Source of the DNA: Octopus bimaculoides
Lineage: Eukaryota
Direction of reading: 5' to 3'
NCBI RefSeq assembly: GCF_001194135.2
Contig: NC_068982.1
Location: forward strand, 6,307,114-6,371,113
Length of the DNA: 64,000 nt
Of this stretch, positions 1 to 12,862 are shown piece after piece; position 1 is the first letter of the stretch; each line of letters opens with the position of its first letter. The position numbers and the translations under genes were made by a program. The notes beneath the pieces were generated by a model that saw only the letters and a list, made by a program, of their open reading frames with translations, ran no database searches and had not been told where the DNA came from.

Positions 1-164
1 CATACCTTTTTAATAATACTGCAAGAAATTTGAAATAATTACGCAGTAACATTTCAAGTATAAATACTGAAAGCATTTACCATCACATATATTCAGTGCC
101 CTCTTTACACACATACTAACAAGCACACATAATTTCCACATGAACAGTGACGTAGACCGCCTCT

Positions 165-272
165 AAGAACCCACAGTACGGTAGACACCATATCCTCCCA
201 TAATAAAATGGAGTGTTGGTGGAATGCTCCAGTGAAAACTTCAGTAAAATGTAAACACAATAGACCTAACAG
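165..272 (+). mobile_element. Fragment of RLE-type (R2/NeSL/R4 group) non-LTR retrotransposon endonuclease region
   Basis: Translates THSTVDTISSHNKMECWWNAPVKTSVKCKHNRPN; the WWN...KHNRP(D) segment precedes the catalytic PD of restriction-like endonucleases. A homologous copy lies at 53741-54045. Confidence 0.7.
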
Positions 273-279
273 TCACTCT

Positions 280-810
280 CGACCCGCAAGCGCGAGAAAG
301 GGCTACACTAATTTGGATCAGAAATCTCAAGTGTTTTGGAAATTATGTAACTCTTTAATTGTTTCAAATCCTACAATTTTCCTGTTAATCAATAAGGCTG
401 TATTTTCGGGGGATCTGTCCATATACCAGATTATAGGGAGAAAATCAGTTCCTAACTAATTGTGACAGAGAGGTGGTGTTTTACTTGTTTCCCGCTCTAA
501 ACTATCTGAACGAGTGTATGTGGTGGATGTATCGACTCTTAAATGTATTTACGGTAACCCAACATCGTTCTAACACAATTATAGTGAGATACAATTCTTT
601 AATTAGGGTGCCTGAGGAGCTTTCTGATTATACATGACTGATGTTGGATAGGGCTGCCTTGTTGTATGTGAAAACAAGGAGCTAATGTTGCCCGAACACG
701 AATAACCGACATCAAGGTTATTGGTGTTGAAATCTTTGTAGTATTTATGTAGTTTTGAAATCAGGTCGGTCTAGAGATAGAAAAGTTTGGTCTGTATTTA
801 TAGCAACATT
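280..810 (-). mobile_element. Decayed Penelope-like element, linker plus GIY-YIG endonuclease region
   Basis: Frameshifted minus-strand peptides NVAINTDQTFLSL, YKDFNTNNLDVGYSCSGNISSL, VTVNTFKSRYIHHIHSFR and NTTSLSQLV match the order and motifs of PLE C-termini (KIFNRNxxKxSYSCxxN; GxTxNTFKxRYxxHxxSF; TxLS). Confidence 0.75.
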
Positions 811-884
811 CATTTCGTCCACTATTTTTGATGTTGCACTGTGCCATTTACGCCCATATTCTATTCTCAATAAAATCATATCTT

Positions 885-932
885 AATAGTATGGACTTAT
901 AATAGTATGGACTTATAATAGTATGGACTTAT
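885..932. repeat. Tandem repeat, 16 bp x3 (aatagtatggacttat)
   Basis: Three exact consecutive copies. Confidence 0.95.
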
Positions 933-2936
933 AAGAAACTATGTGCATAGTTTCTTAGTTTGATCCCAAATCATCTACAGGAAGCCAGAACACAACTTAC
1001 GATTGCATCAACAAATGTCAATCACTGAGAGATACCAAAAACCCGACGCAGCACTAAAAATTGTCGACCTCAGCCTCACCTGAGCGACTATGTTCAGAAC
1101 TGAGAGGTGTGAGATTCTAAGACGCTCTACGGGGTTTTGGACGTTGTTAACAGTAATGAGAGAAACAGGGAGGACATAAAGGGTACTCTCTTGGAATATA
1201 AAGGAGAGGAATCTCTGTCAGGAGTTTCACTGTGGTACAGTAAAATTCAGACATTGATACACGATGTTCATTGTGGTATTCCTTCATCTACGGACAATAT
1301 CCCCAGAACAGCAGTCTAGCAGATTATTACTCTTTACATGAATCCGCTCCAACCAGCTTGGAAGACATTGCACTGGTGAGGTTTGCTTGTAGTTGGTTCC
1401 AGAGTCTAATGTGATCTGTAAAATGTCACTAATGATGTCATCAGGAGAACAGCAATAGTGACTATCAAACTGCTTTGCACTTCATAATCTTCAATGCATC
1501 CATTCCGATTTATGATGCTAGGGAAGTGGCAGAGATAATTTTATATTTGAAAGAAGCATTGAATTGTGCTTAATCTAATTAGAATATGTTGCAAAAATAA
1601 TTGTAAAGGAATGCAATAAATATATTTCATTGCCTATATTGTTAAAATGTAATTTATAATATCAAAGAAATAAAAATCTAAATTGGCATTTTAATGACTT
1701 TTAAACATGATATGAGTATACGAAGCAATAGGACCAAACAATCGTGGTACATATTTGTCTCTGTTTGCCAAAATATTCAGATGCAAAATTTGTTTCTTCT
1801 GATATTTCTGCAACATTTTATGAAGATTAGACTAAATATAAAACAATTTAATCAAAAAAATAAATATTTAAATGCAAAATCCAGGCTTATCCCGGAGTTG
1901 CATTTAAGAGACTCACATATATATCTTCGTGTAACTTTAGGACCGCAAATTTATCAGCCAACCGCATGGGTGAGATCTGAGGAAGATTTGGATGCTCTTT
2001 ATAATAAATTGGATTTCTTCGTGGACTCATTTTATAACAGTATTAAAGGAATGAGTAAGATGCTGATTAAAATGTCTCGCAGTATTTCAATACATGTTAC
2101 TACGTCATGAATTACAATCCACCCAAAGGCGATTTAGACTTTCATTATTCCATGCTGCACAAATGAGTAGCATTCATATACTAAAGAATTTGTCATATTA
2201 TATCCCGAGTTAAAAACCTCTATAAAACAGTAAACTTCTCACAAAATACAGGACAAACGAAGATTTTACTTGATGTATCTATAAATACTTTGAAAATTTT
2301 ACCCTATGACAAGCGATAGTTCAGTTAGTATTGGTATATTTGGAAGAGATCACTAAAATTATAACCAGAATGAATTATGTGGTGAAAATAATAGAAAAAA
2401 CAAATATTAGCCACTGGCAAATACTTCAATCATTTCGAAAAGTGTAAACCTTGCTAATGAGATAAAATTAACAATAACTTTTAACAGGTTAACTTTTTTA
2501 AAGGTCATAATAGCACCAAATACTAATGAGATTATAATAATACCAAGCGATAAGCGAATAAACATTACAAGATTAACTTAAAACAGTTTATTTTTTGAAA
2601 TTTTCTATCCATGTATCAAATTAAAATATGACAAAATGTTGCAAGAAAAATGGTATGATACACTATTTACAAAGAAGAGAATAAAACGTTCTTAGGCATG
2701 GAATGAAATAAGTCAGTGACTAAAACCACCGCATGGCACAAAAGTTTTTTTTTTTAGATAAGAGTTATTTTTTTAGTTTTTTTTTTATGAACATGAAATC
2801 CGTTTTGCTCCGTTTCGTCTATGTTTTTGTCTACAAGACTCCTCATCTGCTACATTTGCAGAAAAAAAGTGTCTAATCTTGCAAATATACCATGTAATTT
2901 ATTAATGTATTAAACTACAATTAATGGAATCAACGT

Positions 2937-3314
2937 CGCACTCCGTCGATTACGACGACGAGGGTTCCAGTTGATCCGATCAACGGAACAGCTTGTGCAT
3001 GAAATTAACGTGCAAGTGGCTGAGCACTTCACAGATACGTGTACCCTTAACGTAGTTCTCGGGGAGATTCAGTGTGACAAAGAGTGTGACAAGGCTGGTC
3101 CTTTGAAATGCAGGTACAACAGAAACATGAAGAAAGAGTGAAATAAAGTTGTGGTGAAAGAGTACAACAGGGTTCGCCACCACTCCCTGCCGGAGCCTCG
3201 TGGAGCTTTAGATGTTTTCGCTCAATAAACATTCACAACACCCGGTCTAGGAATCGAAACCGCAATCCTACGACCACGAGTCCGCTGCCATAACCACTGG
3301 GCCAATGCGCCTCC
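2937..3314 (-). mobile_element. SINE family C (tRNA-like head), near full length
   Basis: Reverse complement of the copies at 25641 and 58394; tRNA-like A/B boxes; ends ...cgacggagtgc. Confidence 0.9.
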
Positions 3315-3359
3315 ACTGTTTTGGAATATCTCGAAGCACACACACAAAGCATAAATAAA

Positions 3360-3577
3360 GGTTTCCAATTTCGGCACAAATATTTCGGATATTTCGAAGT
3401 AGGGGTATTGTGAATTACATCGACCGCAGTATCCAGCTGGTACTTATTTTATCAACACCGGAAGGATGAAGGACAAAATCAGCCTCTGTCAAATTTGAAA
3501 CCGAAACATAATGTTGGAAGAGATGCCGCTAAGCATTTTGCTCGACGTGCTAACAGTCCCGCCAACTCGCCGCCTTT
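3360..3577 (-). mobile_element. SINE family A, diverged
   Basis: Reverse complement of aaggcggcgagttggcggga...gttagcacgtcgagcaaaatgcttagcggc, shared with >10 copies in the window. Confidence 0.85.
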
Positions 3578-3644
3578 ACAAGGCATAAATATAAGTCCTG
3601 TAAATACTGTTTTCAGCGTAATATTTTCCCCTTTTTACTTTATC

Positions 3645-3850
3645 GAGGCATCATCCAGTCAGGCTGTTTCCCCAGGCAAACCTGACCACCTCTCTTTATC
3701 CCTCCCGATCTTCCATTAATGCTTCTAGGTTTGCAACTTGGCATCCAACATCTTCTGAAAGCCGTTCTATGTACGTCTTACACGTCTTCCAACCGTTGTA
3801 GTACCATGATTCGGTGTCCACAGCAACACATTACTCACAAATTCTTGTGC
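3645..3850 (-). mobile_element. RTE-clade LINE 3' end fragment
   Basis: Translates EFVSNVLLWTPNHGTTTVGRR / KTYIERLSEDVGCQVANLEALMEDREG*REVV, typical of RTE ORF C-termini (LLWxPxHG..GRP.KTY...MxDRxxWR). Confidence 0.8.
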
Positions 3851-5016
3851 CTAATATTTACACATTACTTATAACTTTATGTGTGTATTTTAAGATATTC
3901 CAAACCAGAATTATTTCACTTTCTCTCGAAAGTTCATAACATTTTTATTCATATTTTAGTTTCTGGGATGCTCTCTATTGATATCATTAAGCTAGAGAAA
4001 AACAGGCAATTATTATTTATAAAACCATGATACTATCAGTTCAAAACATTACGGCTCTGAATATCACAGAAAAATTAATGTTTTCATATATTTATGAAGG
4101 TGATATTCCATATGGTGCACCTGATATGTACTGGAATTCTTATCGATTACGCCAGAACTATTGCATAATTACGATATTCCTTCTGTTGTGATAACAATAT
4201 ATCGTTATTGACATTTTCCCAAAATCTAAATTTAAATGTGGCACATATCAAGTTGTACGATCTAAAAGATTGTATGCGACATATATTCATCAATATGTCA
4301 CTGACAAATGAAACATAAGATATAGCCATTCAGTATCTAAACAGGATTCTCCTTCGATTATTGATAAACATTTATTTTTCAGTAACAATTATTATTCTGA
4401 TAAGAATGTTATTTTATTCCGTTCTTAGATTCCGTCGTTGGGTTTCGTCTAGATTAGGGCTTCGCCTTCAAGGATTTTAGTCAGATATATCTACGCTAAT
4501 ATTTCTTTTAGCCTCTACTTTATAGATCTGTAGATTACCGCATCGGTATGTTACAATGTTCCATAGAATCATGTCTCCGACACCAAGCATAAGCACCACA
4601 CATGCATGCACACGCACACACATACAACATACATAAACACATACATATGTATTCGTAAACACACACAGATGATGGAACTGGAACTCTGTGTTTGCCTTAG
4701 GGAACGTCTCAGCCACATGGCTATGCATGCACCATTTTTGATCACGTGATAATGCGTTGTTACATTTCAATAGTGGCTTAAATTCCGCTTTACTTTACTA
4801 ATTAGACATTTTACAAAGCTATTAACTGAAAACTTAAAATGACGAGAGCTATGAATTGAACCTAAGGCTGCGAATTGTATTGGGTTCTGCAAATAGGACA
4901 AAAAATTAAAGTATCTTGGATGACATACGACATACATACGCAAGCGTACACACGCACTCACACACGTCGACACGCACACATATATTTATATATGTATGTC
5001 ATTACTCAGTTTTATT

Positions 5017-5236
5017 AATGCGGCGTGCTGGCAGAAATGTTAGCACGCAGGGCGAAATGTTTAGCGGTATTTTGTCTGTCTTTACGTTCTGAGTTCAAAT
5101 TCCGCCGAGGTCGACTTTACCTTTCATCTTTCCGGAGTCGATAAATTAAGTACCAGTTGCGTACTGGGATCGATGTAATCGATTGGCCCCCTCCCCCAGA
5201 ATTTTGGGCCTTGTGCCTCGATTAGAAAAGGTTATT
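5017..5236 (+). mobile_element. SINE family A, full length
   Basis: gcggcgtgctggcagaaatgttagcacg...ttctgagttcaaattccgccgaggtcgac...gggccttgtgcctcgattagaaaag. Confidence 0.92.
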
Positions 5237-5384
5237 CAGGTTTTATTTCAAGATTTCTTGCTAATATCCTAGATCCAAGGCTCCCCTCATTGGAATTTCA
5301 ACAACATCAACAGGGTATTTTTGTATGTATACGTGCAGATTTATATGCTTTGTTTTATGTATGTACCTTCATTCATGTATGTAT

Positions 5385-6002
5385 CTTGGCGATCTTGGGC
5401 GAGGAAACATTCAAGAAAACCGACTGGATTTGCTTCAAAAAGTGCCAAGTTCACCTGCGACATGACCAGCCTGGTGTGCTTTTGATCCGGCGTCAAAAGT
5501 TGTGGCACCAACCGAGCTGAAACCTTCGACATGCCAAGTTCGTTATGCAAAATGTTCTCAATTCGTTCACGGGAGATGCCTACAGTATTAGCTATCTGAT
5601 TAACATTTAAACGTCTGTCATTCATCACCATGTGGTGAACACGGTCGATGTTTACTTGGGTGGTGACTGTGGCAGGACGTCTGGACCTTGGGTCATCTTC
5701 AATTCAGCTGCCCACTTTTGCATAGTTGATAATACTGGAACTTCAACCCCTAATGTCCTTGGGGGCTAACCCCTTTTTCTGCAGATATTTCGTAACATCA
5801 CGGTGCCAAATTTTATCCATTTTCACGAAATGTCTCTAGTACCAGTTTCCCAAGTCCTCAATTCCGTATCCAATGTGGGTTTTTCTAGAACGAAAACATA
5901 CATTTAGCATCAGTAAAGATTGAATTTAATGCATGCCAAGTTTAATTACTGTATGATAATTCTTTCATAGTCATCCTATGATCTTTCCAGCCCACCCTAG
6001 TA
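5385..6002 (-). mobile_element. Mariner transposon 5' half: TIR plus N-terminal transposase with internal deletions (pseudogene)
   Basis: ATG at 5820: MDKIWHRDVTKYLQKKGLAPKDI, then DDPRSRRPA, MVMNDRRL...ELGMSKVSARLVPQLLTPDQK (WVPxxL linker motif). Truncated before the catalytic domain. TIR-like ta-ctagggtgggctggaaag at about 5983-6002. Confidence 0.92.
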
Positions 6003-6737
6003 TAAACACAGAATGAAGTACTTCCTTCCTTCACTAGTAGAAGCACCTTCTTAGAATCTAAAGCGATATCCAAATAAGGGTAACATGAATTTTCGGCAGC
6101 ACAGGTTTTCATTTCACCTTCCCTTTTCAAATAGTGTTTCTCAAGTAATGTTTCATGAATTTTAAATAATTTCCCATATATAGAAATCTCTCCAAGATGG
6201 ATGAACCTTTAAAAAAAAAATCATCTGAAACGAAATCAAGTTTTATACCTTTTATTTGATCCTCACATCTATGCACAGCTGCACTGCATTACGAAAATGC
6301 TGAGTGGATCAAGTTTGCCTTTAATGGAATAATTATCCCCGAAAATGACTTGGAATATGTTTTTAAAGTAAAGGCGTTCTATTTTGGTTTCAGGGCATAC
6401 ATTCATTCTGCATATATATCAGTGTTCTGTAAGATTTGTAATATGCCACTAAGGCAAAATGTGATATGAAGAGATAATAGTGTATGACGTGAAAAAAATA
6501 TAAGTAATAAAGACCTATCCCTTTAAGAGTTTTCCTCTATCCCTACCAAACCATTATTTGGAACACATAAAGAAGATAATTAGGGTTCGTATTATTTAGT
6601 AGCAAGGACACAGTATTTAGTTTTGCGACCATACTATTCTACCACGTATATTAATATTTTACAAGTCAATATTGAGCTTTACTTGTGTGTTAGCAGTGCG
6701 TTGTCTTCATTTTTAATTTTATCTCCACAGATTTTCT

Positions 6738-7147
6738 GCAGGAGCGGCTGTGTGGTAAGTAGCTTGCATACCAACAACATGGTTCCGGGTTCAGTCCCAC
6801 TGCGTGGCAGCTTGGGCAAGTGTCTTCTACTATAGCCTCGGGCCGACCAAAGCCTTGTGAGTGGATTTGGTAGACGGAAAGTGAAAGAAGCCCGTCGTAT
6901 ATATGTATATGTATATATATATATATGTGTGTGTGTGTGTTTGTGTGTCTGTGCTCCCCCCACCCCCCATAACATCGCTTGACAACCGATGCTGGTGTGT
7001 TTATGTCCCCGTAACTTGGCGGTTCGGCAAAACAGACCGATAGAATAAGTACTAGGCTTACAAAGAATAATTCCTGGGGTCGATTTGCTCGACTAAAAGT
7101 GGTGCTCCAGCATGGCCGCAGTCAAATGACTGAAACAAATAAAAGAG
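6738..7147 (+). mobile_element. SINE family B (tRNA-like head, internal TA/TG microsatellite), full length
   Basis: ggctgtgtggtaag A box, gggttcagtccc B box, tail gctccagcatggccgcagtcaaatgactgaaac; imperfect flanking direct repeat atctc(c/t)acaga. Confidence 0.92.
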
Positions 7148-8488
7148 TATCTCTACAGAGTTTCAATCTTTACAAATTTTCTCTCCACAAACGCCTTGCA
7201 TTCGTGGATTGTTGCTGGGTTGGATGTGGTGCTGATAAAAGAGTAATAACTCTTAAAGTACACCCGCTAACTATTTTTTCTGTCTTCGATCGCATTGTTT
7301 ACATAGACGTATTCATATAAGAAACAGCATAACATTCAGCGCTGCCTCTGAACTCTATAGAAAAGCAGGTGGAGATAAACTTAAAAATTAGGGTTCTGTC
7401 CGAATGTTCCAGAGTGTGATAATTAGAGCATTAGAAATATTATCTCCAACCTACTCCAATTGTTATACTTGACGTTGGTCTATTGAATTTCTTTATAACA
7501 GTTTCACTTCATATCAATTCAGTAAATCAGAATATTCCGAACTTCCCAATAGTTAATTCTTCAAACAACTGGATACGAAATGAATTTTCACACGTGAGCT
7601 TCTATCCTGCCCTTTTCACCTACATGCAATTGCACACAGGCATATATTTTAACAAAGAGATACATCCACAAGAACATACAGGCGGAAACATACGGCACAC
7701 GGACACGATGATATATACATCAACCATAGCAAATAAACACTGACGCATAAACAAACACACACAGACGATGTAATAGTCATGAAGACATACAACCACATTC
7801 AAAGACAGGAATAAGAAATGTTACCCGAAGAGTCACTCTGTGGCGAAATCAAATTAGTTGTAATATAATTAGATGATATAAAGATTATAATAGCAATGTG
7901 TATGTATATCTTGGTATTATTAAACGGATAACAGATCGTTACATAGCGTCTACTACTTTAGGTTTGCCATTTCACTCGCACACGTATATACGTCGTTCTT
8001 TCTCTCAGAGTGTGTGCCTGTGTGCATGTGTACACGTATGCCCGTGCATGTGTGTGTCTGTGCATGTCTTTTGCAGCCGTAGAAGACTCAGACCATATTA
8101 TTGCCAGCAAAATGACACATGAAAATAACTTTGGCTTCAGTTTTCAAGAGCAATTATTCAAAAGAATATGAAATAAATTGCTTAGCAGTCTTAAAATCAA
8201 TAATCTATTGGATTTCAAATAATTTCTTGCAAAGAACACATTCTATTCATTATTAATCGAGAATATTAATTTCACACGTTGAAATATTTTGCAGTAAAAA
8301 AAAAAAAAAAAAAAGAAACGAAATTTAAAACTATAAGAAGGCGAATTGAAAAATAGAGATTTTTTCCCCCCGATTAACATTTTACGGAGAAGAAAATTCC
8401 AATTCTTTGTTAAATTACCTCACTTATTCTGTTTTTGAAACTCTTCCACTGAATTATATCACATGTATTCACACACGCACGCATAATA

Positions 8489-8595
8489 TCATCATCATCA
8501 TCATCATCATCNNNNNNNNNNNNNNNNNNNNNNNNNNNNNNNNNNNNNNNNNNNNNNNNNNNNNNNNNNNNNNNNNNNNNNNNNNNNNNNNNNNN

Positions 8596-8643
<48 letters not shown>

Positions 8644-8707
8644 GTATATACACACACGCACACATATATATACACACATGCATACACACACACATACATA
8701 CACACAC

Positions 8708-8738
<31 letters not shown>

Positions 8739-8801
8739 TATATATATTTCATATCTGTCTGTTTGTTTGCCTGTCTCTATGTATATATGCATGTATCTAT
8801 G

Positions 8802-8830
<29 letters not shown>
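8489..8830. repeat. Compound microsatellite (ATC)n, gap, (AT)n/(ATGT)n/(AC)n
   Basis: Directly visible; explains the overlapping low-complexity ORFs. Confidence 0.95.
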
Positions 8831-8833
<3 letters not shown>

Positions 8834-9236
8834 CTTATGATTACACATGTCTGGTGTGCGTGAAGGAAAATAATAGCAAAAGATTTATAAACATTCATAC
8901 ACACACCACACAAACACACAACCGTATTTCAGATTTCGCCACGAAAAAAGTAAAGCTAAAAAAAAAACCTATTGAAACGTATAACGAACAAGTGATTTGT
9001 ACGATGTCCCTTTGTAAAAAGATTCTATCAAATATTTTGACTGGTCACCTGTCTAACTGGCAACTAAATTTAATGAAGATCGGGTCATCGAAAAGCACCC
9101 CAATTTTAATGCATCAACTAAAATGAGGTTGCCTGAGAAAGTGTCTTCACATTAAACGAAATAAGATCAAGCAAAAAAAAACATAATAATTAGAATATGA
9201 AACTGATGATCATCGCAACAATAGTTCTATTTTGTA

Positions 9237-9239
<3 letters not shown>

Positions 9240-9312
<73 letters not shown>
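9240..9312. repeat. (AT)n microsatellite
   Basis: About 36 uninterrupted AT units. Confidence 0.97.
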
Positions 9313-9315
<3 letters not shown>

Positions 9316-9511
9316 TAAAGTAAAATTTAGAGGTAATACTTGACAATTGTAAGCACCTGTGTATGCCAGCTCGTGTTTGAGGTGAAAGAATAAATTGTTT
9401 ATATATATATATATGTATATTATTCAAAAGAATTCCAACTCTCTTTTTTTATGTTTTATTTATATTCTTATAATATTAATGTAGGATATAGAATATATAG
9501 TATATGTGTGT

Positions 9512-9552
9512 GTTGGCACCCCGTCGCTTACGACGTCGTGGGTTCCAGTTGA
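9512..9552 (-). mobile_element. SINE family C 3' terminal fragment
   Basis: ttggcaccccgtcgcttacgacgtcgtgggttccagttgat matches the reverse complement of the family C end. Confidence 0.7.
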
Positions 9553-9789
9553 TTTCGGCTGGTTATACTCGAGATTGCTCCAGTCTGGCTAATATACGGC
9601 AAGAAGAAAATGGAGGGGATCCAGAGGTAGTATGCATCAACTGTTAGACATTATATTATCTCAATTTATTTATTTTAAACAATTATGAGAATATATATAC
9701 ATGTGTAAAGATTGTTATACATAAATAAGTACCAGTAATTTCTAGAGTAGAGAAAGAAGAACAGTTTCTTACAGCGTCGTATATTTATA

Positions 9790-10017
9790 TAGGCATACAT
9801 GTTTGTGTGTCCATGTTTGTCTCCTCCCCCGCCACCATTGCTTGACAACCGATGCTGGTGTGTGTACGTCCCCGTAACTTAGCGTTTCGATAAAAGAGAC
9901 CGATATAATAAGTACTAGGCTTACAAAGAATGAGTCCCGGGGGGGGGGGCGATTTGCTCGACTAGAGGTGGTACTCCAGCATGGCCGCAATCAAATGACT
10001 GAAATAAATAAAGGAGT
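9790..10017 (+). mobile_element. SINE family B 3' half
   Basis: gcttgacaaccgatgctggtgtg...aagtactaggcttacaaagaat...ccagcatggccgcaatcaaatgactgaaa. Confidence 0.88.
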
Positions 10018-10701
10018 AAAAGATAGATATATATATATATATATATACATATATACACATATACATATACATACATATACAGAGAGAGAGAGAGGGGGAG
10101 GGACGGAGAGAATGACATGAACTATTATGTACTGCGTTCTCTACAATCTGAGTTCAAATTGACATTATTTGCCGAAATGAATAAAAACAATTTGCACCAG
10201 TTATGCACTGGATGTATTTTGATAGGCTACCATTCCAATTGTATGTGAAACATTGTGCAAATATTAGAAATCAATGTTCATCATTTAATGTGGAAGAGCG
10301 CATTCAGCCAAATCGCTGCAGCACCGGACAACCCATTGAAACATCCGCAATTTAATATCCTCTCATCGATAATTCTTTCGGTTTCCTAGGATTTGTAATT
10401 GTAATCATAAACTGAAAAGCAAACTCATAAATTATGTCACATGCCGCATGACGAATTGTGATGTGACATTTCGAAACTCACCCTTCATCTCAGAGAACAA
10501 AAGTAAATTACTTTATACGAATGGATAGTACTGAAAATGTATTATGTATAAAGAGATGCTGAAGAGAGGGAGAGAAAACATACAAAGCGAAGCTTGTCAT
10601 AGGTAGCAGAGCGTGGACGTATATGCTCTTTATAGTTCTAATTAGTTACTAACCCTATATGCTGGAATATTTCACTATGAAATAATCAGGTAATTCAACC
10701 G

Positions 10702-10766
10702 AAATACTCATTTGAAATACTCCTTTTAAATACTCATTTGAAATACTCCTTTTAAATACTCATTTG
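10702..10766. repeat. Tandem repeat, 26 bp unit of two alternating 13-mers (aaatactcatttg / aaatactcctttt), 2.5 units
   Basis: Directly visible. Confidence 0.9.
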
Positions 10767-12107
10767 GACGTTGCGTTTTTATATTCCATTCCTCTCAACA
10801 AACCTGTAGAATTTGCAGATTAACAACTGTCTAACAAAAGTAATCATCTTTTAAAATGTCAGGACGTTAGAAACATTTAAATTCCTTCTGAAAATATATC
10901 CGAAATTAAATAAATATTGTAGAGTGAAGAGTGGTATAATTTTGTGCAGAAGTGAAAGGGAACATGGCATGAAGCTACGTAATCGAATACTGAGACACGT
11001 CTGAATTCAAAGAATATAGGACTGGTGATAGTTACGGTGAAGGGGTTATCGGGTAACAGTTGGACACCTCTTCATTGCAAGTAATAATACTTGAATATAA
11101 TTCACAGTCAACCAACTTTTTGAGAGGATCTTTGCGTAAGATAGTCTCAAATTTTATGTTGATGTCACGAACGTGGCACCGATGTTAATGAAAGTGTCGA
11201 GAGCTTCATATAAACGCGGTTATGTTCGAATATTTGGCTTTACGATAACAGTATTAGTCGTTACTGAACAGGGAGGTAAACTTGCTGCATAATGCGATGA
11301 AAGTGATGTACAGAGTCAATATTTCTCCTCAAACTAATAAATATTACTCGTTCAACTGCTACTATCAGCGATTTAAGCATTTTGATGCTTTGCAATTGAA
11401 GTAACATGAATAGTAATATACTGAAGTCGATTCACTTCCCTGTAAAGTTTCTGAACAGTTGTGTGACTGACAAAGCCACTATACTTACGCCCAATATTGT
11501 GTAGTTACACACACAATCATACATATATACATACATATCTACATACATACATACATACATACACACGTATGTATTTGTATTATAATATCTATCTATCGAT
11601 TTACATATCTATCAAACTTTCTCTTCGTCTCCCCCTTCACCCCCACTCTCTCACTCTCTCTCTTTCTATATATATATATGTATGTATACACACACACACA
11701 CACACACATATGATTTTTAAAGAAGATAACAAACGTTAAGGCAAAACAAACATCTCAAGTCATACATTATTGTTATTGGAAAAATATTTCGAAGAATTAC
11801 AGTTGTTTCTAGGATGTCCCAGAGTATGGAATATTCCATCATGGGAAACAAATAGGGAAAATGAGAAGGGTATAGATTGATGAAATGATGACATAGCGGT
11901 CAGGAGAGAAGGAATACGGAGATAAAGAAAGGGAAGGAAAAAGTGGCATTAAAGTTCACAATTCAACTTCCCGATATTGTAGAAGTAAGTTCGTAAACAG
12001 ACGCAAACATATCAACTTTCAATAACAGAATGTTAACGGAGATAAGTAGTAAGGGCTCACCCATAACTTGTAGTTCTACAGCCACTGACCTTAACCAGAA
12101 CGGACAC

Positions 12108-12211
12108 AAGCACTTACTACTAGATTTCCTCTCCAAGCACTTACTACTAGATTTCCTCTCCAAGCACTTACTACTAGATTTCCTCTCCAAGCACTTACTA
12201 CTAGATTTCCT
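12108..12211. repeat. Minisatellite, 27 bp x ~3.8 (aagcacttactactagatttcctctcc)
   Basis: Exact copies; produces the KHLLLDFLS and KSSSKCLER repeat ORFs. Confidence 0.95.
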
Positions 12212-12654
12212 CAATAGTGACTACATGAATACCACTATCACCTATTATTCTCTTTAAATTCCTTTCATTTCACTTTATTCTGTTTACTTTGTTCTTTTTA
12301 CATTATCTTACTTTACCTCCTCTCTCCTTATTTACCCTTATATGTTTATTCATTTATTTATCTTCTTGGTTATTTTTATACACTATGTTCTTAGACGCTA
12401 TATCTTTATATACCTTATTTTATCCTTAACGCCAATCCTTAATTTCCTCCCTCACTCTCTCTACTCCTAGTTCTAATTACTCATTTTTCTTTCTTTTTAC
12501 CACTTAATAGCCATTCTGCTACCATTCTGTTATTGAACGTTGATATGTTCGTGTCTGTTTCTGGATATTTACACTATCAGAACTTTAACCTACATGGATT
12601 TACATAGGATTGCACCTAAGGACTTTTGGACTTACTTCTATATGTTATTTACAT

Positions 12655-12857
12655 AATTTACATTTGATGGATATTTGTCCGCCTTTTGTTTGTTGTTAAC
12701 ACAACGTTTCGGCTGATATCCTCTCCAGCCTTCACCAGGTGTCATGGGAAAATTTTCAACCGGGGTTCTCATTCCTAAAGTATTTTAGATCTTGTTATTA
12801 TTATTATTATTGAGGTCACTGCTTGGAATCGAACTCGGAATCTTGGGGTTAGTAGCC
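12655..12857 (-). mobile_element. SINE-like family D (tRNA head, AAT tract, HHR-bearing tail), head 5'-truncated
   Basis: Matches copies at 24112, 44319 and 59243; the HHR core reads CUGGUGA (A6G). Confidence 0.88.
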
Positions 12858-12862
12858 TAGTA

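Noticed and set aside
968-1550. Compositionally balanced stretch with short ORFs (e.g. 1137-1319)
   Set aside because: No recognisable motif in any frame and frequent stops; cannot be assigned.
1694-2110. 138-aa ORF
   Set aside because: First half is AT-rich low-information sequence; no family motif or convincing splice pair.
4460-4720. Possible very old family B SINE on the minus strand
   Set aside because: Only short patches (gactaaaatccttgaaggcg) match; too diverged to support by eye.
8407-9126. Long ORFs rich in Y/I/H/T/C/V or X here and at other gaps
   Set aside because: Artefacts of microsatellites and N runs.
10290-10380. SMGCP resembling the Penelope RT GxxMGSP motif
   Set aside because: No downstream YVDD or other RT motif at the expected spacing.
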